Positions 38,240 through 49,327 are shown, numbered from the stretch's first letter. The stretch is DNA of 64,000 bases from Fidelibacterota bacterium (GCA_046735395.1 JBJKQR010000008.1:32001-96000); one strand, 5' to 3'. Numbers and translations: made by a program. Notes: a model not told the origin generated them from the sequence alone.

Positions 38240-38989
38240 ATGAAACGCGTTTTGATCCTGTTGATAATGGGAGCCGTGGCGTGGCTTCAGGCGGGCGAAC
38301 CGGATGGCGCCGCTCTGCGTGACGGATTGCTGGAGGCGATGAATCCGGAACAGAGCCGGGCCGTCATGAAACAGACGATTGTCACCAGCTCCGGTGATAA
38401 ACGGGTGCTGGAATATGAAGCCTGGTCATATAAAAAGGGTGAAATGAGCCTGATGCGTTATCTATCTCCCTCCCGCGTTCGGGGGAATGCCCTGCTGATG
38501 AAGGACTTCAGCAATAGAATCTGGTCGTATAATATACGAACGAAACGCGTAAGGCTGCTTGCCAGTTCCGCGAAGAAACAGAAATTTGAAGGATCGGATT
38601 TCACTTATGAAGATATGGGCAGCGGTGAGACGTGGAAGCAGGATTACAGCGCGGAAAACCGCGGAATTGTAAAAATGAGAGATGTGGATTGTTACGAATT
38701 GGATCTGACCGCTCTTTCCGGCAGAGATGTGAGTTACCGCCGCCTGACCTGCTACCTGCGGGTTTCGGACCGCTTTCCGTTACAGATTGATTATTTTGAT
38801 GAATCCGGGACGAAGCTCAAAACCCTGTTCCTGAATGATATTCGCACGATTCAGGGGATTCTGACACCCTGGCAGTTGATCATGGTGAATGATCTGGACA
38901 AGACGCAGACCTCCATGGAATACGAGGAAGTGGATTATTCCGTGAACCTGAACGATGATTTTTTCAATGAAATGAATCTGAAGAGGTAA
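38240..38989 (+). CDS. Outer-membrane lipoprotein-sorting (LolA-like) protein
   Basis: Signal peptide; YLSPSRVRGNALL, FEGSDFTYED, KLKTL. Confidence 0.85.
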   Translation: MKRVLILLIMGAVAWLQAGEPDGAALRDGLLEAMNPEQSRAVMKQTIVTSSGDKRVLEYEAWSYKKGEMSLMRYLSPSRVRGNALLMKDFSNRIWSYNIRTKRVRLLASSAKKQKFEGSDFTYEDMGSGETWKQDYSAENRGIVKMRDVDCYELDLTALSGRDVSYRRLTCYLRVSDRFPLQIDYFDESGTKLKTLFLNDIRTIQGILTPWQLIMVNDLDKTQTSMEYEEVDYSVNLNDDFFNEMNLKR

Positions 38990-40144
38990 ATGATGAAACG
39001 GCTTTTGATTCTGTATTTTGCCCTGTTCACATTTGCTTCGGCCCAGACTCTGAAATTTTCCGGATATTACGAAGCGGAAGCGGATGAGACAACGCTGCCG
39101 CACGCGAGTTATAGCTACGCCTACCACAAGCTGCGCCTGGATATGGAGGCAAATCCGGCGGATCATATTCAGTTCCGGGCGGATGTCATTTCGAAAACAT
39201 ATTTCGGGGACCGCAGTTTTGATCTCAATAATTTTATACATCCGGACTATTTTCCGGCATATTACCTCGCGAGTTCGCCCATCACCTTCACCTTGCCGGA
39301 TACGCTGCTTCTGGATAATCTGGAAGTCAGCTGGTCCGGAAAAAGGACTCAGGTCTGTCTGGGACGGCAGCAGATTTCTCCGGGAGTGGGCTATGCCTGG
39401 AATCCCCTCGATATTTTCAATCACAAGGATGTGATGGATCCGACCTATGAACAGACCGGCATTCCGGCGCTGACAGTGCAGGTTCTGCTTCCCGCTATGG
39501 TTTACGCCTCCTGGGTGGCGGTACCAGGGAATTCCTTTCATGATACGGAATACATGATGACCCTGAAGCGCGAACTCCTGTCTTCTGATCTTGCCCTCTC
39601 CTGGATCGTTGCGGATTCGCCCCGCATTTATGGCCCCCTGATCTGGCCGGCGCGGCGTGTTCTGGGACTGAGCACAGAGACGGATGCCGCCGGGCTGGGC
39701 CTGCGGACCGAGATTGCCGTGTCACGTGTAAAAACCCCGGGTGCTGATACGGAAACAAAAACAGAGGCCATACTCGGGGCGGATTATACCTTCGAATCCT
39801 CGCTCTATGTTCTGCTGGAAGCCTTTCACAGTGATTTCGGGGTGACCGCGGAAAAAACCAATATTTTTGATTTTCTAGCCGCGTATGAAGGGGTGCGGCG
39901 ATCGCTCAACCGGAATTACCTTTTTCTGTACGGTGCCATCCCTGCCGGCGATCTCCTCACGATTTCGGCCAGCATGATTGCAAATTTGGATGATCAGAGC
40001 CTGATCGTGATGCCTCAGGTGGATTACAGTCTGAACCAGGCTGTAAATCTCGAAGGAACAGCCATTCTTCCTCAGGGAAAGGCGAAAAGTGAATTTGCCT
40101 GGCAGTCCTATGGCGGCCGCGTTCGTATCAATGTCTATTTTTAA
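38990..40144 (+). CDS. Outer-membrane beta-barrel protein
   Basis: Signal peptide; GRQQISPGVGYAWNPLD; C-terminal VRINVYF. Confidence 0.75.
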   Translation: MMKRLLILYFALFTFASAQTLKFSGYYEAEADETTLPHASYSYAYHKLRLDMEANPADHIQFRADVISKTYFGDRSFDLNNFIHPDYFPAYYLASSPITFTLPDTLLLDNLEVSWSGKRTQVCLGRQQISPGVGYAWNPLDIFNHKDVMDPTYEQTGIPALTVQVLLPAMVYASWVAVPGNSFHDTEYMMTLKRELLSSDLALSWIVADSPRIYGPLIWPARRVLGLSTETDAAGLGLRTEIAVSRVKTPGADTETKTEAILGADYTFESSLYVLLEAFHSDFGVTAEKTNIFDFLAAYEGVRRSLNRNYLFLYGAIPAGDLLTISASMIANLDDQSLIVMPQVDYSLNQAVNLEGTAILPQGKAKSEFAWQSYGGRVRINVYF

Positions 40145-40159
40145 AATGTGGGGGACGAT

Positions 40160-42925
40160 ATGAGACAGCGTTTTCTATCGAAGATTGCAGAATGGTCTTC
40201 GGGCCACACCTGGAAAATGGCCGCAATTCTGTTTGTTATAACGCTTGTGCTGGGGGGATTCGCCTCACAGCTGACGATGAATATGAATCTGACGGGCCTG
40301 CTTCCCAAGGGTGATCCCATGGTGGATGAATTCAATTATATCTTTGAGGAATTCAACGGATCGTCCAATGCTTTCATTGTCGTGAAGGGGCCCTATGATA
40401 AAATGGTGGCCTATGCGGAGGCGCTGTCGCCGAAAATTCTCAAACTTCGGGAATGGATTGCTGAAAATGGATCGCCGGCGCTGCGAAAGGAACTGGCGGA
40501 TATGGATGGGAAAATCAGTACCGGTGTTCTGAAGCCGTTACCCCGCTTTTATGCCCGGGTGGATTATCGTCAACCAAGGGATTTTATCCGTAAACACGGC
40601 CTGATGCTCATGTCGGCATCCGATCTGAAAAATGATGAGGCGATGCTGAGCCAGCCCCGCCTGCCGGATCTGCTGAAAAATTTGAACGAAAGCCTGGAGC
40701 GGGAATATATACAGAGTGAAGAAAAGCTGAGTACGCATCAGAAGGAGCGGAATGCGGTTATGTTTCTGGACGGACTCGAGTCCTGGACTGACGCAACGCA
40801 GGCTGCGCTGCTTGACAGCGGTGGCCGGGAGCCGGACTTTGCCCGGGAGGCTGCCGCAGCCCTGACCATCGGTTCTCCCTATTTTATCAGTCCGGACCGA
40901 AGTATGCTCATCATGCAGGCGCTGCCGAATTTCTCCATGATGGATATGGATTACCTGCTTCCGGGAATCAACGGCCTGGAGGAAATGGCTAAAGGCCTGG
41001 CTCCGGATTATGGCGTGACGGCCGGACTGACCGGAGGAATTGTTCTTGGACGCGATGAGTATGTTGCCGGTATGGAGGATTCCATGTCCCTGACCATTAT
41101 CGCCCTGATTGCAATACTCCTTCTGTTCGTGGTTACATTTCGAATGGTTGCGGCTCCGGTTCTGTCTGTTCTGACACTGATCATTGGTGTCGTCTGGGCC
41201 ATGGGAGTGACCTGGTTCCTTGTGGACGAGCTGAATATGTTCACAGCAATGATGGCGGTGGTCCTTGTGGGGCTGGGTATCGATTATTCCATTCATATTA
41301 TTTCCGTATACTCGGAATTAACCAATAAAGGCGTTCTGCCGGCTCCGGCCCTTCGGGAAACCCTTCAGAAAGTGGGAACCGGTATCATGACCGGCGCGGT
41401 TACCACTGCGGCAGCCTTTCTGACACTGATGATTGCGCGAAGCCAGGGAATGGCGGAATTCGGCCTGGTGAATGGTGCCGGCCTGATTGTCATCATGATT
41501 TCCACTCTGCTCACTCTGCCTGTCATGCTCATGCTGCGGGAAAAATACCGGGTTCTCAGAAAGAAGCCGGTTCTGCCCGCCCGGGATGTGAGATATAATT
41601 TTGCGGGAAAGCTGGCTGCCGGAATTCAGCATCACCGTCTGCCTTCATTCATTGTACTTGTTCTGTTTACGCTTGTTGCCATATTTTATGCAGATAAAGT
41701 CAAGATGGATTATAATTATCTGAACATGGAACCGGTGGGGCTCGAGTCCATCCGCCTCAATGATGAAATTATTGACAAGTTCAATATGTCTTCGGATATG
41801 ACCATGATGACGTCCACCAGCCTGGAGGAAAATTATCGGTATACGGAGGAAGCAAAAACGAAGAGCAGCATTTCCTATGTGGAATCCATCGCGGATTATT
41901 TACCGCTGGCAACGGCACAGGATGCCCGAAAGCCTCTGCTCATGGCGATTCACCGGGCAATGGCATCGGCTGATCCGCGGCGGCCCCTCACCCGGAATGA
42001 GGTTGCGCAGGTGAAGGAGGAGCTGATCCGTCTGGAAGATAATGTGATGGAAATTCAGGATATGGCATTTGTGGGTGGCCAGGATATGGTGGACAGAAAA
42101 GCGACGCGGCTTGTGGGAAATCCGGATCGGCCGGATGACAGCGGAAAGCTGAGTACGCTGATTGCGAAGCTGGAGGCCCTTCCTGATCCCGAACAGAAAT
42201 TCAACGCCTACGACCATGTTTTTGCCCCGGCCTACCGCGCCATGGTTCTGTCCATGTCGGATACAAGCCGGATCACACTGGCAGACCTGCCCGGAAGCGT
42301 TCGGGAGAAATATATCTCAGAAGACGGATCCCGGTATCTGATGACCATTTATCCCAAGGGAAATGTATGGAATATCGACTATCTGAAAAAGCATACCCGG
42401 GATATGCTGGATATCAGCAGCAGTATTGCCGGAACGCCGCCCATGTTTTATTATCTGCTGGAAATCATCGGGGCAGATGGTGCAAAGGCCTCGATTCTCA
42501 CCCTGCTGGCGGTATTGCTCTTTCTCTGGGTGGATTTTGCTTCGCTGAAACGGGCCTTTCTCGCATTGATCCCGCTGGCTTTCGGAGTAACCTGGATGCT
42601 GGGTGTCATGGGCCTGTTCGGGATAAAATTCACACTGCTGAATATTATGGCCCTGCCCCTGATAATCGGAATCGGGATTGATGACGGGGTGCATATTCTG
42701 CATCGCTGGTCCATTGAAGGAAAATCGAATATTTATGGCGTGTTTGCCTCAACGGGCAAGGCTGTGATTATCACCAGCCTGACGACAATGCTCAGTTTCG
42801 GTTCGCTGGTTTTTGCCACCTATCGCGGATTCGGTTCACTGGGGATCGCCCTGTTTATCGGTGTGGGCGTGTGCCTGCTGGCGTCACTGGTTATTCTTCC
42901 CGCCTTTCTGCGGGACGGACGCTGA
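40160..42925 (+). CDS. MMPL/RND-superfamily transporter
   Basis: Two repeats with GLGIDYSIH and GIGIDDGVH; 12-TM layout with two large periplasmic loops. Confidence 0.92.
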   Translation: MRQRFLSKIAEWSSGHTWKMAAILFVITLVLGGFASQLTMNMNLTGLLPKGDPMVDEFNYIFEEFNGSSNAFIVVKGPYDKMVAYAEALSPKILKLREWIAENGSPALRKELADMDGKISTGVLKPLPRFYARVDYRQPRDFIRKHGLMLMSASDLKNDEAMLSQPRLPDLLKNLNESLEREYIQSEEKLSTHQKERNAVMFLDGLESWTDATQAALLDSGGREPDFAREAAAALTIGSPYFISPDRSMLIMQALPNFSMMDMDYLLPGINGLEEMAKGLAPDYGVTAGLTGGIVLGRDEYVAGMEDSMSLTIIALIAILLLFVVTFRMVAAPVLSVLTLIIGVVWAMGVTWFLVDELNMFTAMMAVVLVGLGIDYSIHIISVYSELTNKGVLPAPALRETLQKVGTGIMTGAVTTAAAFLTLMIARSQGMAEFGLVNGAGLIVIMISTLLTLPVMLMLREKYRVLRKKPVLPARDVRYNFAGKLAAGIQHHRLPSFIVLVLFTLVAIFYADKVKMDYNYLNMEPVGLESIRLNDEIIDKFNMSSDMTMMTSTSLEENYRYTEEAKTKSSISYVESIADYLPLATAQDARKPLLMAIHRAMASADPRRPLTRNEVAQVKEELIRLEDNVMEIQDMAFVGGQDMVDRKATRLVGNPDRPDDSGKLSTLIAKLEALPDPEQKFNAYDHVFAPAYRAMVLSMSDTSRITLADLPGSVREKYISEDGSRYLMTIYPKGNVWNIDYLKKHTRDMLDISSSIAGTPPMFYYLLEIIGADGAKASILTLLAVLLFLWVDFASLKRAFLALIPLAFGVTWMLGVMGLFGIKFTLLNIMALPLIIGIGIDDGVHILHRWSIEGKSNIYGVFASTGKAVIITSLTTMLSFGSLVFATYRGFGSLGIALFIGVGVCLLASLVILPAFLRDGR

Positions 42926-42982
42926 ATGTCGATATAGAATATTTAAGAAAATACAGATCAGATCTGAAATGGGTGTGCGGTA

Positions 42983-44035
42983 TTAATTCACCCGCAGCCA
43001 GGATACGAACAGATCCGCCAGTTCGGGGTCAAACTGATGGCCTTTATGGGTCTCGATTTCGATGATGGCATCCACGCGGCTCATGGCCTCCTTGTGGGGA
43101 CGGGCGCTGGTAATGGCGTCATAGGCATTTGCAATGGTGAGAATGCGTGAAAAATAATTGATTTCCTCCCCTTTCAGGCCCTGGGGATATCCGCTGCCGT
43201 CATAATGTTCATGATGCTGAAGGATGATGTCCCGGATCTCAGCCATGAATTCAAAAGGCTTCAGAATGGTCGCGGCCATATTGGGATGCTGTTTGATCTC
43301 GACCCAGTCCTCATCGGTGAAGGTCTCTGTTTTATTGAGTATATGTTCCGGGATCACCAGCTTGCCCAGATCGTGAAGCTTGGCGGCCGAATCCAGCATC
43401 TGGGTCTCGCTCTCGCTCAGGTGAAGGATGCGGGCGAAGGCATTGCAGTATTCGACCACATTCCGCGTATGTCCCGCAAGATAGGGATCCTTGTGCTCCA
43501 TCATCTGCATGAAGGACGAGATGACTTCCACCGTTACACTTTCCAGATTGCGGACATTTTCCTGCAGCTGCTGGTTCTTCACCTGCAGAAGTTCGGTTTT
43601 TTTCCGGATTTCGTTCTGAAGGTCCTGCTTGTACTGCTTCTCGCGGAGAAGCTGATCACGGTATTCGAGGGAGCGCCGGATGATAATATCGAGTATTTTG
43701 TAATTTGTAATCGGCTTGGGTACGAAATCGTAGGCGCCGATTTTTATGGCTTCAATGGCATTCTCCATGGTGGACTCGCCGGTGATAATGACAATCGGCA
43801 CGTCATCGCGAACCTGACGGATAAGCTTGATGGTCTCAAAGCCGCTGATATTGGGCATGTAGATGTCCATGAAAATCAGATCAATGGAGGGGTCGGTCTG
43901 GCTCAAATGATAGGCGCGCTCACCATCATCCACGGATATGACCGCATAACCGAGATGTCTCAGAATCGCTTCGAAAGAGTTGCGTACAACAGCATCATCG
44001 TCAACGACAAGGATCTTATATTCTCTGTCTTCCAC
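42983..44035 (-). CDS. Response regulator with HD-GYP domain
   Basis: LVVDD, FMDIYMP, FVPKP; LHDLGK, HHEHYDGSGYP. Confidence 0.93.
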   Translation of the reverse strand: MEDREYKILVVDDDAVVRNSFEAILRHLGYAVISVDDGERAYHLSQTDPSIDLIFMDIYMPNISGFETIKLIRQVRDDVPIVIITGESTMENAIEAIKIGAYDFVPKPITNYKILDIIIRRSLEYRDQLLREKQYKQDLQNEIRKKTELLQVKNQQLQENVRNLESVTVEVISSFMQMMEHKDPYLAGHTRNVVEYCNAFARILHLSESETQMLDSAAKLHDLGKLVIPEHILNKTETFTDEDWVEIKQHPNMAATILKPFEFMAEIRDIILQHHEHYDGSGYPQGLKGEEINYFSRILTIANAYDAITSARPHKEAMSRVDAIIEIETHKGHQFDPELADLFVSWLRVN

Positions 44036-44191
44036 TGTGTTTTTTACTCCCTATGGTCTATAATCTGCCATATCGGAACAAAGTACACGATTATTACATA
44101 GAAAATCAAGGAAAAACATGATCAGGGACCGGTCGGACGTTTCTGTATAGTCTTTGTGAACAACGGCTTCAGGAGTGAATCGCGGCCTGAC

Positions 44192-45574
44192 TCAGGGGGA
44201 GGTCTGGAACAGGCGGGTATGGAGCGCGCGGATTGCTTCGCATTTGTCCTTTACATCAACGATAAAATAGGCTGCGACCTGCGATGCGCCCACGGAGATG
44301 AGGCGGATGTTGATATTCTTCTCCGAGACGGCCGTAAATATTTCGGCTGCGATGCCATGCTGGTCCAGCAGTCCTTCGCCGACCAGTGCGATGAGGCAGA
44401 GATCCTGGCGGACTTCAAGCGCGGAGACCGCATGTATATCAAGATTTCGCAATGCCTGGTGCGCGCGGGGCAGATCCTGGTTGGACAGCAGGAAATTGAT
44501 GCTGGTCTGGGATGTAATCACGGATTTGATGTTGATGCCCTGATGATCGAGTTCTGTGGTCGTTCGGGCCAGAATACCGGGTTTGACGCCCACGCCGGGG
44601 CCCTTCAGCTTCAGGATGCTGAAATCATCACTGTAGGTCACACTTTTCAGAATCCGCGCCTTCCGAACCACTCCGTTTGCCGAGATACGGGTATAGGGGG
44701 CGTCCTCCCTGCCGGCATCCTTGAGATTGAAAATCCGGATGGGTATCCGGCTTTCCTGAAGCGGTTCGACGGTCCTCGGATGGAGAATGCGGGCGCCGAA
44801 GTAAGCCAGTTCGGCCGCTTCCGTATAGCTGAGATGTTCGATATGTACTGCTTCGGGGACCACTTTCGGATCGGCGCTCATAAACCCATCCACATCTTTC
44901 CAGACGTCGAGTGACGAGGCGCCGATACAGCGGGCAATGGAGGCTGCCGAATAATCACTGCCGCCTCTGCCGAGCAGGGTGACTTTATTTTCCCGGCTGA
45001 CACCGTAAAATCCCGGAACGACGGTAAGTATATTTTCTGCCAGAGCCTCGGAGACGCGGGGAAGACTTTCCCTGAAATCCACGGTGGCGTTTCCGAATTC
45101 GCCGTCGGTCATCAGGCCCATCTCCTCCGGAAGAAGTTCGCGACAGGCTTGGCCGTCGGCTTTCAGAAATTCCGTGAGCATGAGTGAACTGAGCCGTTCG
45201 CCATAACTGAGAACCAGGTCTTCCACGAAACGGGGAATTTCCCCGATATAAAAGGCGCCGGTCAGGTAGCGTTCCAGCGTCCGGATCCGCCCCTCCACTT
45301 TCGCCGTGATTTCCTGTTCAAGTCCGGGATCGCTGATAATCTCATGAATGATGTTGCGCTTGAGGCCGCTGAGAAATTCGCTGAGACCGGAGATGCTGTC
45401 GGCATCCTTCTGGCTTTTCCAGAGCATGGCTTCCAGTTGATCGGTAATACCGTAAAAGGCGGAAATGACCACAACCACCGGTTGCCGGTAATCCCGGATG
45501 ACCTGCAGAATTTTCCGTATATCCGCGGCGGTTCTGAGCCCGGATCCACCGAATTTGAGGACGATTTCAGGCAT
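44192..45574 (-). CDS. lysC: Aspartate kinase with two ACT domains
   Basis: VLKFGGS, SYGERLSS, LGRGGSDYSA, DVDGFMSADP, YFGARILHP. Confidence 0.93.
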   Translation of the reverse strand: MPEIVLKFGGSGLRTAADIRKILQVIRDYRQPVVVVISAFYGITDQLEAMLWKSQKDADSISGLSEFLSGLKRNIIHEIISDPGLEQEITAKVEGRIRTLERYLTGAFYIGEIPRFVEDLVLSYGERLSSLMLTEFLKADGQACRELLPEEMGLMTDGEFGNATVDFRESLPRVSEALAENILTVVPGFYGVSRENKVTLLGRGGSDYSAASIARCIGASSLDVWKDVDGFMSADPKVVPEAVHIEHLSYTEAAELAYFGARILHPRTVEPLQESRIPIRIFNLKDAGREDAPYTRISANGVVRKARILKSVTYSDDFSILKLKGPGVGVKPGILARTTTELDHQGINIKSVITSQTSINFLLSNQDLPRAHQALRNLDIHAVSALEVRQDLCLIALVGEGLLDQHGIAAEIFTAVSEKNINIRLISVGASQVAAYFIVDVKDKCEAIRALHTRLFQTSP

Positions 45575-46607
45575 TCAGATGCCCTTTTTTCACCAGTAAT
45601 TCCGCATTGAGAATGGCGGTGCCGGCCGCGCCCCGCACCGTGTTATGGGACATGAGAACGAATTTATACTGAAGTACGGGACAGGGGAGGAGTCGCCCGA
45701 TACTGGTGGCCATCCCCTTGTCGATATCCCGGTGCAGTTTGGGCTGGGGAAATTCATTTTCATCGAAATAATGCAGCGGCTGCAGCGGTGCGGACGGAAG
45801 ATCCAGCGTCTGGGCTTCTCCGCGATATTGCCGCCAGGCTTCGATGATATCCTGCTGCGTGGGCCGTGTTTGTAATTTAATCGAAACAGCTTCCGTGTGT
45901 CCGTCACTCACATTGACCCGATGACACTGGCTGCTGATGGTGAATGCCGCATCTACAATATGATCTCCGGTGCGGGTTCCGAGGATTTTCAGGCTTTCGT
46001 AATCCATTTTTTCTTCTTCACCGGAAATGAAGGGAATCACATTGTCGTCGATATTCATGGTCCGGGCGGCCTGATATCCTGCGCCCGAGACAGCCTGCAT
46101 GGTGACGACGTGAAGTTTTTCGATACCAAATTGATCGTGCAGGGGTTTGAGAGCCATGACCAGCCCGGTTGTGGAACAGTTGGGATTGGTAATGATGGCG
46201 CCTTTCCGGCCCTGAAAGCCGATAAGGTTCAGGTGGTCGGCATTGATATCAGGAATAAGCAGGGGAACATCCCGGTCATAACGGTGGTTCCGGGCGTTCG
46301 AGATAACGATACAGCCCGAATCGGCCACGGCGCTTTCGATGGGTCCGGCTACAGACGCATCCAAAGCTGAAAAGACGATGGGAGTGGTAAATACGGAATC
46401 GCTCGGGAGGAGTTTCATGTTCCGGACTTTTTCCGGAATAGCTGTGGGCAGCATCCAGTCCACTGCATCAGCATAGGATTTACCGGCATTTTTATCCGAA
46501 GCGCTCAGTGCAGTGATGTCAAACCAGGGGTGGGATTCCAGAAGCTGTATGAATTTCTGCCCGACGCTCCCGGTGGCTCCAAGGATGGTGACCGGTGTTT
46601 TTTTCAT
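45567..46607 (-). CDS. asd: Aspartate-semialdehyde dehydrogenase (archaeal/fungal type)
   Basis: [43 protein letters not shown] before MKKTPV. Confidence 0.95.
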   Translation of the reverse strand: MKKTPVTILGATGSVGQKFIQLLESHPWFDITALSASDKNAGKSYADAVDWMLPTAIPEKVRNMKLLPSDSVFTTPIVFSALDASVAGPIESAVADSGCIVISNARNHRYDRDVPLLIPDINADHLNLIGFQGRKGAIITNPNCSTTGLVMALKPLHDQFGIEKLHVVTMQAVSGAGYQAARTMNIDDNVIPFISGEEEKMDYESLKILGTRTGDHIVDAAFTISSQCHRVNVSDGHTEAVSIKLQTRPTQQDIIEAWRQYRGEAQTLDLPSAPLQPLHYFDENEFPQPKLHRDIDKGMATSIGRLLPCPVLQYKFVLMSHNTVRGAAGTAILNAELLVKKGHLNA

Positions 46608-46847
46608 GAATCCTCCCTCTTCAATGGTGGGGAATATAGTACAATTTCCGGAAAATATGATGCGATTTTTGGCCCGATGCGGGGTGCGGACAGGGCTTTT
46701 TCCGGAATTGGACAAGGGGATCCGGGGAATTGGCCGGATGGGATATTCCACTGCGATCCGGCATCGATTTTTTCATGGGCGGTGAGGAATGTCAGGATCA
46801 TAAAAAACAAGTGATATTCGGGTCGGACTATCGTAATTTTACCCCTT

Positions 46848-47930
46848 ATGAAAAAGATTGTCACAGTAATCGGAGCACGGCCGCAATTTGTGAAGGAGGC
46901 GCCCTTCAGCCGCGCTGTCCGACGCGAGTTTGAAGAAATCATTGTCCACACGGGGCAGCATTATGACGAGAATATGTCCCGCATCTTCTTTGAGGACATG
47001 GGAATTCCCAAGCCCAAATATAACCTGAATATAGGTTCGGGTATGCACGGGCTTCAGACTGCCCGCATTCTGGAGGGCGTGGAGGGAATTCTGCTTCTGG
47101 AAAAGCCGGATTATGTGGTGGTCTTCGGTGATACAAATTCCACGCTGGCGGGAGCGCTGGCTGCCGTGAAACTCCACATCCCCGTTGGCCACATCGAAGC
47201 CGGCCTCCGGTCCTTCAACCGCCGAATGCCGGAAGAGATCAATCGAATCATGACAGATTCCATTTCATCCCAGCTTTTCTGTCCCACCGGCAACGCCGCG
47301 GATCTGCTGGCCCGCGAAGGCATTGTGAAAAATGTCCATGTCGCCGGTGATGTGATGTATGATGCCATCAGGCATTTCCTGCCCCTGGCTTCCGAAAAAT
47401 CAAAGATACTGCAGACACTGCGCCTGAATCCGGGTGAATTCAACCTGCTCACCATTCATCGTGCTGAAAACACCGATGATCCCGAACGCCTGAAATCCAT
47501 CTTTCGGGGTGTGGCCGCGTCGACGCTGCCGGTGATTTTCCCCCGGCATCCACGGCTGAAGGCCATGCTGGAAGCCCCGGACTTTCATGATTTCATAAAA
47601 GGTATCTCCTGTCTTCATATTATTGAACCGGTCGGATTTCTCGATATGCTCATGCTGGAAAGCGCGGCCTTCAAGATCCTCACCGACTCGGGCGGGGTTC
47701 AGAAGGAAGCCTTTTTCATGAAAAAACCCTGTATTACGCTGCGGGACGAAACGGAATGGACCGAGACGGTGGAAGAGGGATATAATCGGGTCTGCGGCGC
47801 AGACGAACAAAAAATTACAGACGCTGTGCGGGATTTCCATCCGCAGCATGAACCGGCCATCCGCTTCGGTGACGGCCACGCCGCCGAAAAAATGGCCACT
47901 CTGATCGATCATTTTCTCAGTAAATCATGA
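46848..47930 (+). CDS. wecB: UDP-N-acetylglucosamine 2-epimerase (non-hydrolysing)
   Basis: GARPQFVK, HTGQHYD, GDTNST, HIEAGLRS, TDSGGVQKEA. Confidence 0.92.
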   Translation: MKKIVTVIGARPQFVKEAPFSRAVRREFEEIIVHTGQHYDENMSRIFFEDMGIPKPKYNLNIGSGMHGLQTARILEGVEGILLLEKPDYVVVFGDTNSTLAGALAAVKLHIPVGHIEAGLRSFNRRMPEEINRIMTDSISSQLFCPTGNAADLLAREGIVKNVHVAGDVMYDAIRHFLPLASEKSKILQTLRLNPGEFNLLTIHRAENTDDPERLKSIFRGVAASTLPVIFPRHPRLKAMLEAPDFHDFIKGISCLHIIEPVGFLDMLMLESAAFKILTDSGGVQKEAFFMKKPCITLRDETEWTETVEEGYNRVCGADEQKITDAVRDFHPQHEPAIRFGDGHAAEKMATLIDHFLSKS

Positions 47931-49327
47931 AACATCGCACCTTTTTAATTCTGGTTTTTCTGTCCGACCTTGTCATGTCGGTCGCGGCGCTTCTGGTTAT
48001 GTTTTTTCTTCGCTTCCGCGCGGGAATTATTCCCAGTCCGGTGGAACTGTATTACAGTGATCTGATCTTTCCTGCGGCCGTTCTGTATCTGTACTGGCTG
48101 GCTTTTTACCTGTATTTTGACCTCTATTCCTTCCCGGCAGCCCCGTCCCGGTTTGACGAGACGCTGCGGATCTTCAAAACCCATATTTACGGAATTCTCT
48201 TTCTGTTTCTGCTCACCTTCGACATTACCCGGCCCCTGAGCCTGGGGCGTCTGAGTCTGCTGGCCTATATGGTGATACACGGCGGCTTTACTGTTCTCGG
48301 ACGTATTTTCGTCATCAGTATTCAGAGAAACCGCTATCTGCGCGGTATCGGACTCAAGAATGTTCTGATCGTGGGGTTCAATGAATACGGTTTTGATATT
48401 TTTCGTAAAATCCGCGATTTTCCGGCGCTGGGCTATAAAGTCGTGGGCTTCATTACACTTGATCTGGCCCGGCATGGAGGAAAAAATTACGAGGGCGTGG
48501 ACGTTCTGGGTGATGTGGACGGCCTGCCTGAACTGATTCAGAGCCTGGAAATCCGCGAGCTGGTCATCGCCTTCGAAAGCAGCAACCATGAAAAACTGCT
48601 GGATGTGATTTCGGGCGTGGGCCGGCTGAATGTGGGCCTGAAGATCATTCCCGACATGTACGATATTATCTCCGGACAGGCCCGCACCAATCAGATCTAC
48701 GGCTTTCCCCTCATTGATATCTTTCCCCAGCTCATGCCCCGCTGGGAAAAACTTCTGAAACGCTCGCTGGATGTGACGGTCAGTCTGATCGCGCTGATCC
48801 TCTGGCTGCCCTTTTCGCCCATCTTCGCGCTGCTGATCAGGCTGGACAGCAAGGGGCCCGTTTTTTATCGGCAGGAACGCCTGGGACGCAACGGCCGTCC
48901 CTTCATGATCATCAAGTACCGGACAATGATCAGCGATGCGGAAGCGAAAACCGGTGCCGTCTGGGCGTCAAAGAATGATCCGAGAATTACACGGCTCGGG
49001 AATTTCCTGCGGAAAAGCCGTATTGATGAAATTCCCCAGTTTATCAATGTGCTGCGGAATGAAATGAGCCTGGTGGGGCCGCGCCCCGAACGGAAGGTTT
49101 TCATCGACGATTTCGTGCAGCGCATCCCGCTCTACAAGCACCGGCTGAAAATGAAGCCGGGCATTACCGGCTGGGCTCAGATTATGCACAAATATGATGA
49201 AAGCTTTGAGGATGTGAAAAAAAAGCTGCAATACGATCTCTATTATCTGGAGAATATGAGCATCCGTCTGGATATTAAGATTATCCTGTCCACGCTTTCC
49301 GTCATGCTGTCCCGCAAGGGTCAGTAG
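47927..49327 (+). CDS. Polyprenyl-phosphate glycosylphosphotransferase (WcaJ/WbaP family)
   Basis: N-terminal TMs; DPRITRLG, IDEIPQ, MSLVGPRPE, KPGITGWAQ. Confidence 0.93.
   Translation: MKHRTFLILVFLSDLVMSVAALLVMFFLRFRAGIIPSPVELYYSDLIFPAAVLYLYWLAFYLYFDLYSFPAAPSRFDETLRIFKTHIYGILFLFLLTFDITRPLSLGRLSLLAYMVIHGGFTVLGRIFVISIQRNRYLRGIGLKNVLIVGFNEYGFDIFRKIRDFPALGYKVVGFITLDLARHGGKNYEGVDVLGDVDGLPELIQSLEIRELVIAFESSNHEKLLDVISGVGRLNVGLKIIPDMYDIISGQARTNQIYGFPLIDIFPQLMPRWEKLLKRSLDVTVSLIALILWLPFSPIFALLIRLDSKGPVFYRQERLGRNGRPFMIIKYRTMISDAEAKTGAVWASKNDPRITRLGNFLRKSRIDEIPQFINVLRNEMSLVGPRPERKVFIDDFVQRIPLYKHRLKMKPGITGWAQIMHKYDESFEDVKKKLQYDLYYLENMSIRLDIKIILSTLSVMLSRKGQ

Noticed and set aside
44127..44136. GACCGGTCGG matching the TetR operator core upstream of the HD-GYP gene
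   Set aside because: Outer TGAC/GTCA arms are missing; a 10-nt GC-rich match can be chance.
46608..46847. Lysine riboswitch upstream of asd-lysC, and the 48-aa N-terminal extension of Asd in the ORF track
   Set aside because: No recognisable riboswitch core; a GGAGG RBS supports the start at 46607 and the region is a divergent promoter.
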